Made by a program: the position numbers and the translations under genes. The notes under the pieces were generated by a model. That model was given only the letters and a program-made list of their open reading frames with translations, was not told the DNA's origin and did not search any database. A stretch of DNA of 64,000 bases from Deltaproteobacteria bacterium (lineage in GTDB: Bacteria; Myxococcota_A; JAADFL01), in contig JAADFL010000205.1 in NCBI GenBank assembly GCA_013152945.1, positions 23,301 through 87,300 of the forward strand. Direction: 5' to 3'. Positions 25,118-34,106 of the stretch are shown here, in pieces (the first letter of the stretch is position 1; each line of letters begins with the position of its first letter).

Positions 25118-27181
25118 CTATTTCCTTGAAAGGCCTTGCTTCAGGGCGGCGTACAACCGGTAGAGCGGGTCCTGTTTCAAGGAATTCAATTCGCGTTCCA
25201 GGCTCGACATTTGGTGGCGGGCCGAATCCAGGCGCCTCCGTTCCGCGTCGAGCAGGGATTCCACTTCCGCAAGCCTGGCCATGGTCCTGTCCCTCTCCTT
25301 CGATATCTTGTCTGTTTCCGAATGAAGCCTGTTTATTTCAGCGTCACGAAGGTTGATTTCTTCCTGCCTCAACCGTTCTTGGTTTTGTGCCTTGTTTCTC
25401 AATTTACTGCTTTCGATCATCAAGAGCTTTAATTCTTGCTCGATTCTTGCCTTTTCCCGTATCAGTACAGCGATATTCTCCTCATCCTGCGCGTATAATT
25501 TTTTTATTTCTTCAATTCGTTCATTGAGCTTGTTTGCACGCATGTCGTTCCTGTCAGCCCGGGTAGTCTCGGCCTGTCTAGCAGCCTGCTGTCTTTCAAT
25601 TTCGAGGTGGGCCTGCTCGAGTTTGATGCTTAGACTTCTCAAATCCTCTTTCAACCTGTCTTTTGCCCTCTGTTGCTCCTGCTCCAGTTGTTCAAGTTCT
25701 CTTGCCCTGTTGGAAAGCTTTTCGAATTCAGCGGCCCTTGGCTCGATTTCGGCAATCCTGGATTTAAGCCGTAGGATTTCGTTTTTCAATTGGTCGATTT
25801 CCTGGGCAAGCCGGGCGGTCTTCATCTTTTCGGCTTCTTTTTCCCTGCGCGCCTCTGCAAGTAAATCTTGATTCCGCCCGAGTTCCTGCCTTGTATGGGC
25901 CAGTTCCTCCATGCTCCTTTCATGCGCCATCTGTGAACTCTTCAGTTTGCCGGAAAGCTTTTCCAACTCGGACAGTGTGTACTTATGGGCCTCCCTTTCC
26001 TTGAAGCCCTGCTCTGCGGCCCTGGCAAGTGTTGCGAAAATGTCCGGATTCTTCTTCAGGCTATTTGGCGAGCCCTTGATAAGAGCGGCCAGTTGAGCAA
26101 CCGCCTTTTGGGGGGTGAATCGTTCTTCACCCATTTTCCTTGCATTGCGGCCCCTGCGGTTTACTTCCTTGATGTCGTCCAGGATCGTTGCCACTACTGC
26201 GGTGATGTCTTTGGGATCATTGGGATCCACTGTCCATCCGGCCTCCCTGTTTTCCACCACGTGGGCCAGCAAGGAGCCCTTGCTTACGATTAAAGGGATG
26301 CCACAGGCCATATAGTCCATGGTGCGAAAAGACATGGCCAGTTCCCGCTCTTCGTTCAGTAGGGCTGCATCAAGGGCTGCAGAGGCCCGGCAATATGTGT
26401 CGATCATGGAGCCGTATGGCAAAAGGCCGGATAGTTCCAGCCTGGATGAAGAGATTTCAAGATGCCCTGGTTGATCCATAAGGGCTTCTTTTACCGGGTA
26501 GTCCCCCTGGAAAAAGATCAATTTCCCTTGTTGTCTTTGTTCGAAAACATTAACAATTGCCCGCACCGCGGGTTCGAGATCTATCCACGGCCATGAGACT
26601 CCCCCTGCAACCATGATTGGCTCTGCCGGCGGTTCAAGGCGTGGCTTTATACTCTCGTCTATACATAAAGGCACGGTAAGCAACGGCCTCATACTGATAT
26701 CCACGCCTGCCATCAACAGCCAGCCCATATAGTAGTAGCGTTGCCTCGAGTTGGTGCAAAGAAAAGCATCGGCCCTTGAAATGGCGGCAATCCTTTGTGC
26801 AGGGACACGTGAGGCAAGGTTCGACTGGAACCTGCTTTCCATCTCTCTTGGAGCAAAGAGATCGGCAATGGTGAAAACGCCCAAGTCCGGCAGGTCCGGC
26901 AATTCTTCCGGCTGCAAGTGTACGAGGACGGCCGGTTCGACCCGATCGATTAGTTGTTGGAGGTCTCGCGGACTATTATAAACATGATAATTGTCGCTTG
27001 TGTTTTCTCTTGTTTTTTCAAACTCTCTTTTTGCGACAATAGGACGGACAGCAAGGTGTACTTCAAATCCTGCCTGTTCGAGCCCCTGCGCAAGACCTTT
27101 TGCCCGCAACACGTTTCCCAAGAGCGGCAGATCGGCCCTTGGAAACATTCCGTGGAAGGCTATCATAACTTTTGTACACAT
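25118..27181 (-). CDS. GT4-type (GT-B) glycosyltransferase fused to a long C-terminal coiled-coil
   Basis: The N-terminal ~350 aa has a GT4-like E(x7)E region (MDYMACGIPLIVSKGSLLAHVVENREAGW). The C-terminal ~330 aa is heptad-like and rich in E/K/R/Q/L (ELEQLEQEQQRAKDRLKEDLRSL...). Confidence 0.8.
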   Translation of the reverse strand: MCTKVMIAFHGMFPRADLPLLGNVLRAKGLAQGLEQAGFEVHLAVRPIVAKREFEKTRENTSDNYHVYNSPRDLQQLIDRVEPAVLVHLQPEELPDLPDLGVFTIADLFAPREMESRFQSNLASRVPAQRIAAISRADAFLCTNSRQRYYYMGWLLMAGVDISMRPLLTVPLCIDESIKPRLEPPAEPIMVAGGVSWPWIDLEPAVRAIVNVFEQRQQGKLIFFQGDYPVKEALMDQPGHLEISSSRLELSGLLPYGSMIDTYCRASAALDAALLNEERELAMSFRTMDYMACGIPLIVSKGSLLAHVVENREAGWTVDPNDPKDITAVVATILDDIKEVNRRGRNARKMGEERFTPQKAVAQLAALIKGSPNSLKKNPDIFATLARAAEQGFKEREAHKYTLSELEKLSGKLKSSQMAHERSMEELAHTRQELGRNQDLLAEARREKEAEKMKTARLAQEIDQLKNEILRLKSRIAEIEPRAAEFEKLSNRARELEQLEQEQQRAKDRLKEDLRSLSIKLEQAHLEIERQQAARQAETTRADRNDMRANKLNERIEEIKKLYAQDEENIAVLIREKARIEQELKLLMIESSKLRNKAQNQERLRQEEINLRDAEINRLHSETDKISKERDRTMARLAEVESLLDAERRRLDSARHQMSSLERELNSLKQDPLYRLYAALKQGLSRK

Positions 27182-27495
27182 GATCTTCCGGATTCCTCTG
27201 TTATTGTTTCTCTTTTATCAATTATCCGTTATCACGCAACTTTATGGATTGTCAAACCGCGGGCCGTATTCGGCGCAAAGGGCATCGTTCACGGTATTCA
27301 GTATTGAAATAAAAGAGCAGGGAACACTGCAGCCAGGCGCTTTAAAAGCCGCCGGGATGCATATAAAACCATGGGCAATGGCATTTAAGCACCTTTTTGC
27401 CTTCCAAGTTCTTTATCCAGCCTAATGACCCGGTTACATCAAGCGTGGCCATGTAATCGCCCTCTTCGCTGTACACCGGGGAGACCCGTGAAAAA

Positions 27496-27948
27496 TCAAT
27501 CGGCTGCAGTATCGGTATCTGAAGATACGCTGCTCTTTTTTACCGAAGCCGAAACAAGGCCCAGTGCAAGGTCGAGCAACATGAAGAATATGACTGTTCC
27601 CTGGGCTGCGGCCAACGGAATGATTATCGGCTGAATACCTGGAAAGGCCCAGGCCATGGCCGATGGCGCGTCTTTTGAAAATATGAGCGCCATGGTGCAG
27701 TCTGCCAGGAGATAGAAAAAGGCCGCCAGGGCTTCCAATGCGCCCATTACCCAGTATTCTTGGGTCCCGAGCCGTATCCTTCCGCCAATCATGAAGAAAA
27801 ACGCAAGGCCCAGACCAAGTTCCAGGCCCTTGAAAAATTCTCCATCAATGGGCCCGGCAATGTACGCCAACCCGGCGAACACGAGTATTCCAAGTCCTGA
27901 AACGATTGACAGGAGATTCAAAATCAACTTTGCTCTCAAAAGACTCAA
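27496..27948 (-). CDS. Hypothetical integral membrane protein (about 4 transmembrane segments)
   Basis: ORF of 150 aa with four hydrophobic helices. Same strand as, and upstream of, the GT4 gene. Confidence 0.5.
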   Translation of the reverse strand: MSLLRAKLILNLLSIVSGLGILVFAGLAYIAGPIDGEFFKGLELGLGLAFFFMIGGRIRLGTQEYWVMGALEALAAFFYLLADCTMALIFSKDAPSAMAWAFPGIQPIIIPLAAAQGTVIFFMLLDLALGLVSASVKKSSVSSDTDTAAD

Positions 27949-28074
27949 TGTGTTGTTTCTCCTTGTACAACTTGTCCATATACACGCAAATCATGGCCCA
28001 AGGCAACTTTTTAGCCATGGTAAGATAGATAAGCAAAGGATGGAACCGGCAACAACTTGGGTGTAGAACCGACT

Positions 28075-29790
28075 TCAGTCATTGGACAATGCCTTGCCTA
28101 TGGCCTTGCCTATGGCCTGTCTGAATGCCTCTGCGCAGGGAAGACATTTTTTCTTTCTGTACTCTATCGCCTTTTTGCCGAGTTCCTTGGCCTGCGCCAA
28201 CCTGCCAAGGCCCGCGCTCGCAAGTGCAGCAATCTTGAGCAGGCCGGGAGCACTCGGCGACGATTCAAGACCCTTTTTCGCAAGATCGAGGGCAGCCTGA
28301 TTATCAAGGCCAAGGTATATGCGTGCAGCTTCCTTGTACCCGACAGCCCCCGGCAAGGCCGAAAGCAACCCGGCCTTCGCCTTTTCTTCAATTTGTCTTG
28401 TCCGTTCAATATCTTTTTCAGTCAAGTGCAATTTGGTTTTACAAAGACGAAGCACAAGGGCCGCCTCCAGTCCTGCCTGTGGCTGCAACCTTGAAAGACC
28501 GGGAGAAAGTTCTTTTTCAGCCTGCGGGATGGATTTTTTATAGTCTTTTTTCAGATAGTATATCCTTGCCAGCAATGCATGTATGCCCGAGGGCTTGGGC
28601 CACTGCATGGACTCGTCGAGGCGCGGCTGTTTGCCTTCCTTTTGCAGGGCCGTGATGCAGAGTTCCATGGCTTGGTCCAACCTGCCGATCTCGACGGAAA
28701 ACCTGGCAGCGGCAAAGTACAGCCAGGAAACGCCGGGATGCTCTTCAATGGCTTTTTCCATCAGCTTTGCGGAATCCCTGGTCCGGTTGGCTTCTATGTA
28801 CAGCTTGGCAAGCGCGAGATACGGTGTCCTCGATGGATCTATTCTCGAGGCCGACTCGCAATGCTTAATTGCTTTGAGGGTATCTCCTGCCAGATCATTC
28901 AGTTCGCAGAGCTTGAGTTCGGGCCAAGCCGTTTTTTCTTTGTTCGCAAGTGATTGTGCCTCTTTCAATGCTTTATTTAGGTCCTGGATCCGTCCCATGT
29001 GGAGGTACTTCCAGGTATGAGCCATGATCTCCAGGGCCCGGGCCGGTGCGAGTTCGGGATCGAGGGAAAGACTTTTTTCAAGCAAACCGGATATCATATC
29101 GATGTTGCTCTTTTGGAATCCCTTTGACTTGTTGTACAGGTCCTGGGCTCTTGCAAAGGCCCTGGCCGCATCCTTGTCGGAAGCGAGTATCCTCGCCTCG
29201 AAAAGGGGCTCCCTGGTCGAAGAAACTCTTGAAAGCATGCTTGCAAGGGATAGAGCCATGTTTTGAGCCATGCCCTTTGTGTCGGCCATGTCGCCTGTAA
29301 AGGTATCTCCATCTACGATACGTGCCTGGTCGGAAGACACGATGCTGAGCACCGCCACCAGGTTGGTTCCCCTGGCCCCCAAATCGCAGGTAACCACCCA
29401 GGGCACAGCCAGCTTCCTTCCTACCTCGGCAGGTCCGCTTTTTCCTGTTTTTCGATCTTTCATACTTGCCAGGACCTTTTCGATCTCGGCCCTTCCAATG
29501 GGTTCAAGTCCGGCCCTGGCCTGGATACGCACTGCCTTTTCCAGTCTTTCGTTCACAAGATCCAGTATCCATGGCTCCACTCTGGATCCCTTGGAACTTT
29601 TACACGGAAGTAATGCCACTCTTCCCAAGCGCCAATCTTCGGGATTCGGCGATTCAGATGTACAAGGACCGAACCTGGTGAATGTGAGCACAATAAATGC
29701 GAGGATAAACGCAATAAAAATACCGAAAATCAGATTTCGCAGCAATGTCCTGGAACCGGGCCTGTCTTGGTGCACCGATAAAAAACTCAC
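28075..29790 (-). CDS. TPR-repeat protein with N-terminal membrane anchor
   Basis: N-terminal transmembrane helix, then multiple 34-aa TPR-like helical repeats (A..Y..A..Y...G....A). Ends with a CxxC. 4-nt overlap with the upstream PEGA gene. Confidence 0.75.
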   Translation of the reverse strand: MSFLSVHQDRPGSRTLLRNLIFGIFIAFILAFIVLTFTRFGPCTSESPNPEDWRLGRVALLPCKSSKGSRVEPWILDLVNERLEKAVRIQARAGLEPIGRAEIEKVLASMKDRKTGKSGPAEVGRKLAVPWVVTCDLGARGTNLVAVLSIVSSDQARIVDGDTFTGDMADTKGMAQNMALSLASMLSRVSSTREPLFEARILASDKDAARAFARAQDLYNKSKGFQKSNIDMISGLLEKSLSLDPELAPARALEIMAHTWKYLHMGRIQDLNKALKEAQSLANKEKTAWPELKLCELNDLAGDTLKAIKHCESASRIDPSRTPYLALAKLYIEANRTRDSAKLMEKAIEEHPGVSWLYFAAARFSVEIGRLDQAMELCITALQKEGKQPRLDESMQWPKPSGIHALLARIYYLKKDYKKSIPQAEKELSPGLSRLQPQAGLEAALVLRLCKTKLHLTEKDIERTRQIEEKAKAGLLSALPGAVGYKEAARIYLGLDNQAALDLAKKGLESSPSAPGLLKIAALASAGLGRLAQAKELGKKAIEYRKKKCLPCAEAFRQAIGKAIGKALSND

Positions 29791-31094
29791 CAGTCTTCCG
29801 TGCCATCCATTGTATCCAGCGGATCCCCGGAATCTTCGCTCTCCTCTTTCTTTTTCTTCTTTTTATTCGTTACCGTCTTGTTTTTCCGGGTTCTTGTTTT
29901 CCTGGTAACCGGATTGTTGTGGGGACGCACGGTATTCCGGGTTCGAGGCCTTTTCATAGGTACCACGACATTAGTCCTGGCAGGCCTTGGCTTTGGGGTC
30001 CTGGCTTGAATAATCTCCGGGTCAGGCTTTCCCTCTTGAATGCCTTTGAAGAATGCGGCGGCAAAGCCTCTCAATGCATCCAGGTAATCATTGTTGAGCG
30101 GAATGGCAACCCGCTTACGCCGCAGCTTGTCTCCGCACCGCATGGAATAGAGATGAAAGTCCAAGTTCACAGTGTTTGTAGCCCGTTTTACCATACCGAC
30201 AACCAGCCATCCCACGTCTAGTCTTTCAGCCAGGGCCATGGCCGACTCGGTCATCCTGGGTTCATCGAGGTCGGCCAAAACAGCGCCCAGGGCTGCCTGT
30301 ATCTCCCTGGTGGCAGGTGACGGCTCCAGTTTGATCCTGTGTAAAATCATCCCGTCTGAACAGGAGAATACTGCAGGCCCTCCAAAAGGTTTATAACCTG
30401 CCATTACAGCGCCTATTATGTGAAGACCTTCCCTGACCTTCCGTACCTTGAGAGGCGCGAAACCCTTGTTCGAACCGTCGAGAAAGATCTTTGCACCCGG
30501 AGGAGAAGTTGTGACCTTCAAGGTGCAGGACTGGATTCTGGCTGCCCGTTTCCTGGCAACATTAAAGGCTTTTTTCAACTGTTTTTCGCCATCCAGAACT
30601 GATGGTACGGGGAAGGTCCTGTCCAGCATGGCCAGCCTTGTCAATACTTCCATCCCGAGTTTGGTCTGCCCCGCAAATATTCTGCTTGTTCCCAGGATGG
30701 ACAGAGTTTCCAGGTATGGACTGATATCATTGGTGATGCCTATGGCCCGTTCCAAGATTGCCGCCGCCTTTTCCGCATCCGGTATGGCATCTTCGTACAT
30801 TTGTTCGCTGAAAGATTCCTTGGCCTCTTCCAAGAGGCTCTTTGCCTGCAACACAGCCCTTTTCCCCAAGGTCATGATCTCTTTTGCAGCATTGCCGTCT
30901 AATCCTACGAGTTCGAATCCATCTGATTTTTTAAGCAGATTTCTGAAAATATTGTCTATCTGTACCTTTGCAGGTACGGCTGCATCGTCTTCCGGAACAG
31001 TAAAAACAGCAACACGCAGCTTGCCTGCCTGTACTTGTAGTGATGAAACGAAAATAGCACCAAAAATGAGTTGTGATACAATAGAATGGCTCAT
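29787..31094 (-). CDS. PEGA-domain secreted protein with Lys-rich C-terminal tail
   Basis: Signal peptide. PEGA-like motif 'VTTSPPGAKIFLDGSNKGFAPLKV'. C-terminal KKKKKKEESED tail. Confidence 0.65.
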   Translation of the reverse strand: MSHSIVSQLIFGAIFVSSLQVQAGKLRVAVFTVPEDDAAVPAKVQIDNIFRNLLKKSDGFELVGLDGNAAKEIMTLGKRAVLQAKSLLEEAKESFSEQMYEDAIPDAEKAAAILERAIGITNDISPYLETLSILGTSRIFAGQTKLGMEVLTRLAMLDRTFPVPSVLDGEKQLKKAFNVARKRAARIQSCTLKVTTSPPGAKIFLDGSNKGFAPLKVRKVREGLHIIGAVMAGYKPFGGPAVFSCSDGMILHRIKLEPSPATREIQAALGAVLADLDEPRMTESAMALAERLDVGWLVVGMVKRATNTVNLDFHLYSMRCGDKLRRKRVAIPLNNDYLDALRGFAAAFFKGIQEGKPDPEIIQARTPKPRPARTNVVVPMKRPRTRNTVRPHNNPVTRKTRTRKNKTVTNKKKKKKEESEDSGDPLDTMDGTEDW

Positions 31095-31274
31095 TTAATG
31101 TACCTCTTCCAAGTCTCTTCCAACCCTTATTAGGTTAACGGCCAAATGATGTTCAAGTCAAGGTCGCCTGTACCCGATGCCGATACACCCCGGGAAATTC
31201 TTTTACTCCGTGTTTTGACTGAGGATAATCCAGCGAAGTATCATACTGCTCGAAATCACACCTGGAGGTATTTC

Positions 31275-33191
31275 ATGAGTAAATACATGTTGCTGGAAGG
31301 ACTGTTGGGATTATTCTTACTCTTTGCCAATGCATGCGTATCCAATAACCAGGATGAATGCTCTACCGATAATGATTGCGATTACTGGCAGTCTTGTGAC
31401 AGCGGCAAGTGCATGGCCATTCAGTGCGATATGTACCTGGATTGCCCGGACGATACAAAGTGCGTAAACGGGACTTGCACACCCTCGGGTGACGTGGATA
31501 CCGATACTGATACTGATACCGACACTGATGCTGATACTGATATCGACACTGACACAGACACTGACATAGACACCGACACCGACACCGACACAGACATAGA
31601 CACCGACACTGATACTGATACCGATACTGACACTGACACTGATACTGACACTGATGCTGATACCGACACTGATACCGACACTGATACTGACACTGACACT
31701 GATACCGATACTGATACCGACACTGATACCGACACTGATACCGACACTGATACTGACACTGATACTGACACTGACACTGACACTGGTACTGATACTGATA
31801 CTGACACTGGTACTGATACGTCAATCTACTGCCAGGAGTTGGACAGCCCCAACCAGTTGATTGCCGACCGGCGATTTCAGCGCGGCTTTACTGTACTGGA
31901 CCAGGTCACGCACCAACCCGGGGGCAAAATACTTACCGGATTTTGTCCTGGTGATCCCATCTGGGACATTGCCCAGTGGGACAGCCTTGGCGACCTGGGC
32001 AAGACCACACGCCAGACGCTCACGTCAGGAGCAGTACGCTGGGCCAATCAATACGGCCGCGTGACAGTCGGACCTTTGGGAAGCAAGGATTCCGACCTGG
32101 CTCTTGCAGTCTGGGCGTATGAGGAATATGGCGGCCAGTACCATACTCCTACTCCCGAACGAAAATGGGTACACATGCTGGCTGAGCAGCGAATCAGCCC
32201 GCCGGGAACAAACCGGCCGGGTTGTCCGCCCATCTCTTCACTTTCATCCCTTGATTTCAATCTCGTGGCCAGGCTCCTGCAGGACGATCCCCACTACCAG
32301 GAAGGATACGATAAGAGCAAGCACGCCGCACAGTTCCTGATTTACTTCACGGTGCAGAACCTGAATACCAACAACCCAGGGTTCGGTGACTATTTGTGGT
32401 TCGGGATCACACCGTACGACGACCGTTACGACATAGTGCCCGTTTACGTACAAGGAGACCTGGGAGGCAATATGGGTACTGGTAAACTCATCTACAACCT
32501 GGGTGGAGAGCCGTTCCTCGATAAAGGACTGAAACCGGGAGGTCCCGAACAAGTCTTTTCAAAGGACGTCCTTCCCGATGTCCGCAACGCCCTCCTCACT
32601 GCGTGGGACCGTGGTTTCATTCCTGACTCAAAGGTTCTTTCCGATTACAAGATCGGCGGCATGAACATAGGCTGGGAGGTACCTGGTTTGAACAACGTGG
32701 AAATGCAGGTTCGAGACCTGTCCCTTACGTACCGGAAGAAAGCCGTGACACCGGTGGTCTTCGACTTCAACAAGGACGGTGATACAGAAGGCTGGACCGC
32801 AAACAATCTCGAGGATCTTGGGTCGAAACCAGGGCCGGAGGAAGGCCTCTGGATTCTGCGGGCACCCGGCGCCGACCCCTCGATAACCAGTCCAGAGTTG
32901 AGTCTTGAGGCCGCCACACATCCAACCTTGCACCTGGTAGTAGCCAATGACCATAACCCGGCTGAAACCTCCACCCTCCAGGTATACTGGGACAGGTTCG
33001 GCGAACCAGGCTTTCGGGAGGCTTGGAGCGTATCTCGCCCAATCAGCAACGGCGGCGGTTGGCAGACCCTGGACATCGATCTCGGGGCCCAACCAGGATG
33101 GCGCGGCGAGATTTCACATATCAGGATCGATCCGGTAACAAGCGGGGACGGTCATGCCATTGGCATTGATCAGATAGCATTGCTGCCTTGA
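31275..33191 (+). CDS. Secreted TD-repeat protein with N-terminal Cys-rich knot and C-terminal globular domain
   Basis: GGAGGT RBS before ATG 31275; the ORF track starts at an upstream in-frame ATG 31146. Signal peptide, a Cys-rich ~50-aa module, about 108 aa of DTDTDT, then a ~450-aa domain. Confidence 0.7.
   Translation: MSKYMLLEGLLGLFLLFANACVSNNQDECSTDNDCDYWQSCDSGKCMAIQCDMYLDCPDDTKCVNGTCTPSGDVDTDTDTDTDTDADTDIDTDTDTDIDTDTDTDTDIDTDTDTDTDTDTDTDTDTDADTDTDTDTDTDTDTDTDTDTDTDTDTDTDTDTDTDTDTDTDTGTDTDTDTGTDTSIYCQELDSPNQLIADRRFQRGFTVLDQVTHQPGGKILTGFCPGDPIWDIAQWDSLGDLGKTTRQTLTSGAVRWANQYGRVTVGPLGSKDSDLALAVWAYEEYGGQYHTPTPERKWVHMLAEQRISPPGTNRPGCPPISSLSSLDFNLVARLLQDDPHYQEGYDKSKHAAQFLIYFTVQNLNTNNPGFGDYLWFGITPYDDRYDIVPVYVQGDLGGNMGTGKLIYNLGGEPFLDKGLKPGGPEQVFSKDVLPDVRNALLTAWDRGFIPDSKVLSDYKIGGMNIGWEVPGLNNVEMQVRDLSLTYRKKAVTPVVFDFNKDGDTEGWTANNLEDLGSKPGPEEGLWILRAPGADPSITSPELSLEAATHPTLHLVVANDHNPAETSTLQVYWDRFGEPGFREAWSVSRPISNGGGWQTLDIDLGAQPGWRGEISHIRIDPVTSGDGHAIGIDQIALLP
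31492..31818 (+). repeat. (GAYACN)n hexanucleotide tract encoding (Thr-Asp)n
   Basis: gataccgatactgatactgataccgacact and similar units, period 6, in frame. Confidence 0.85.
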
Positions 33192-33392
33192 ACACCACAT
33201 GCGAGTTCGACATTATTCAAACAGGTCATGAGGCCGAATGAGGCCTGAAGATTGAAAAGGCAATCCCGGTGCCTTGGAATAGTTATCCCATATTGTGAAT
33301 TTGGAGCTTCATGCCGGGGCCCGGTGAGTCAGGCCCTATGTGCTTGACTAATAGGTGCAAAGACCATTACACAAGCAACAAGGAGGCTTGAG

Positions 33393-34082
33393 ATGCTGGC
33401 TAGAGATATTGAAAAAGATGGTGGCGCAAGGAGTCTTTCCGAAGCGGAATCAATGGCGATCCTGGAAGAGTTCGGTATACCCCTGGTAGGCCAGAGAAAA
33501 GTCCGCGATTTGGATGATGCATTGAAAGCAGCCTCTGACTTGGGCTATCCGGTTGTGTTGAAGGCATGTGCAGAAGGCCTGGCCCACAAGACGGACAAAG
33601 GGCTGGTCAGACTTCACCTGAATGATGAATCAGACCTGTCAGCGGCATTCGATGATTTGGTGGGAAAGCACCATGGTGAATTCATTATCCAGGAGCAACT
33701 CGAAGGCGCAAGGGAGATCATGGTTGGAGGAATCAGGGATCCACAGTTCGGTCCATGCGTTTCTTTCGGCATCGGCGGTGTCATGACAGAACTGTTGGAT
33801 GATGTCGTGTTCAGGGTCGCGCCTGTAAGCCGGGTGGAAGCGGGAGAGATGCTCGAAGATATAAGGGGTAATCGGATTCTCGATACTTTCAGGGGTGAGA
33901 GTGCGATAGATCGGGATATTCTCGTGGGAACAATTATCGGCCTGTCAGACCTGATGGTGCAAAGAGGTGATATAAGAGAGGTGGATATCAACCCCATGAT
34001 CGTGAGAAGAGATGGAAGACCCGTGGCTGTCGATGCACTTATAATAGTAGCAACACAAGCAGAGCAGGCAAAACACGTTTAA
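33393..34082 (+). CDS. ATP-grasp domain protein related to NDP-forming acyl-CoA synthetase beta-type domain (ATP-grasp_5)
   Basis: 'GYPVVLKA ... LAHKTDKGLVRLHL' and 'EIMVGGIRDPQFGPCVSFGIGGV' resemble the ATP-grasp domain of ADP-forming acetyl-CoA synthetase and Pat N-domains. Confidence 0.65.
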   Translation: MLARDIEKDGGARSLSEAESMAILEEFGIPLVGQRKVRDLDDALKAASDLGYPVVLKACAEGLAHKTDKGLVRLHLNDESDLSAAFDDLVGKHHGEFIIQEQLEGAREIMVGGIRDPQFGPCVSFGIGGVMTELLDDVVFRVAPVSRVEAGEMLEDIRGNRILDTFRGESAIDRDILVGTIIGLSDLMVQRGDIREVDINPMIVRRDGRPVAVDALIIVATQAEQAKHV

Positions 34083-34106
34083 CCGGAATAAGACCAAAGG
34101 AAAACG

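Noticed and set aside
31363-31860. ORFs 31363..31824 (-), 31421..31807 (-) and 31654..31860 (+) over the third tract
   Set aside because: Repeat-generated frames with CQYQ, SVSV and LIPT peptides, nested in the TD-repeat gene.
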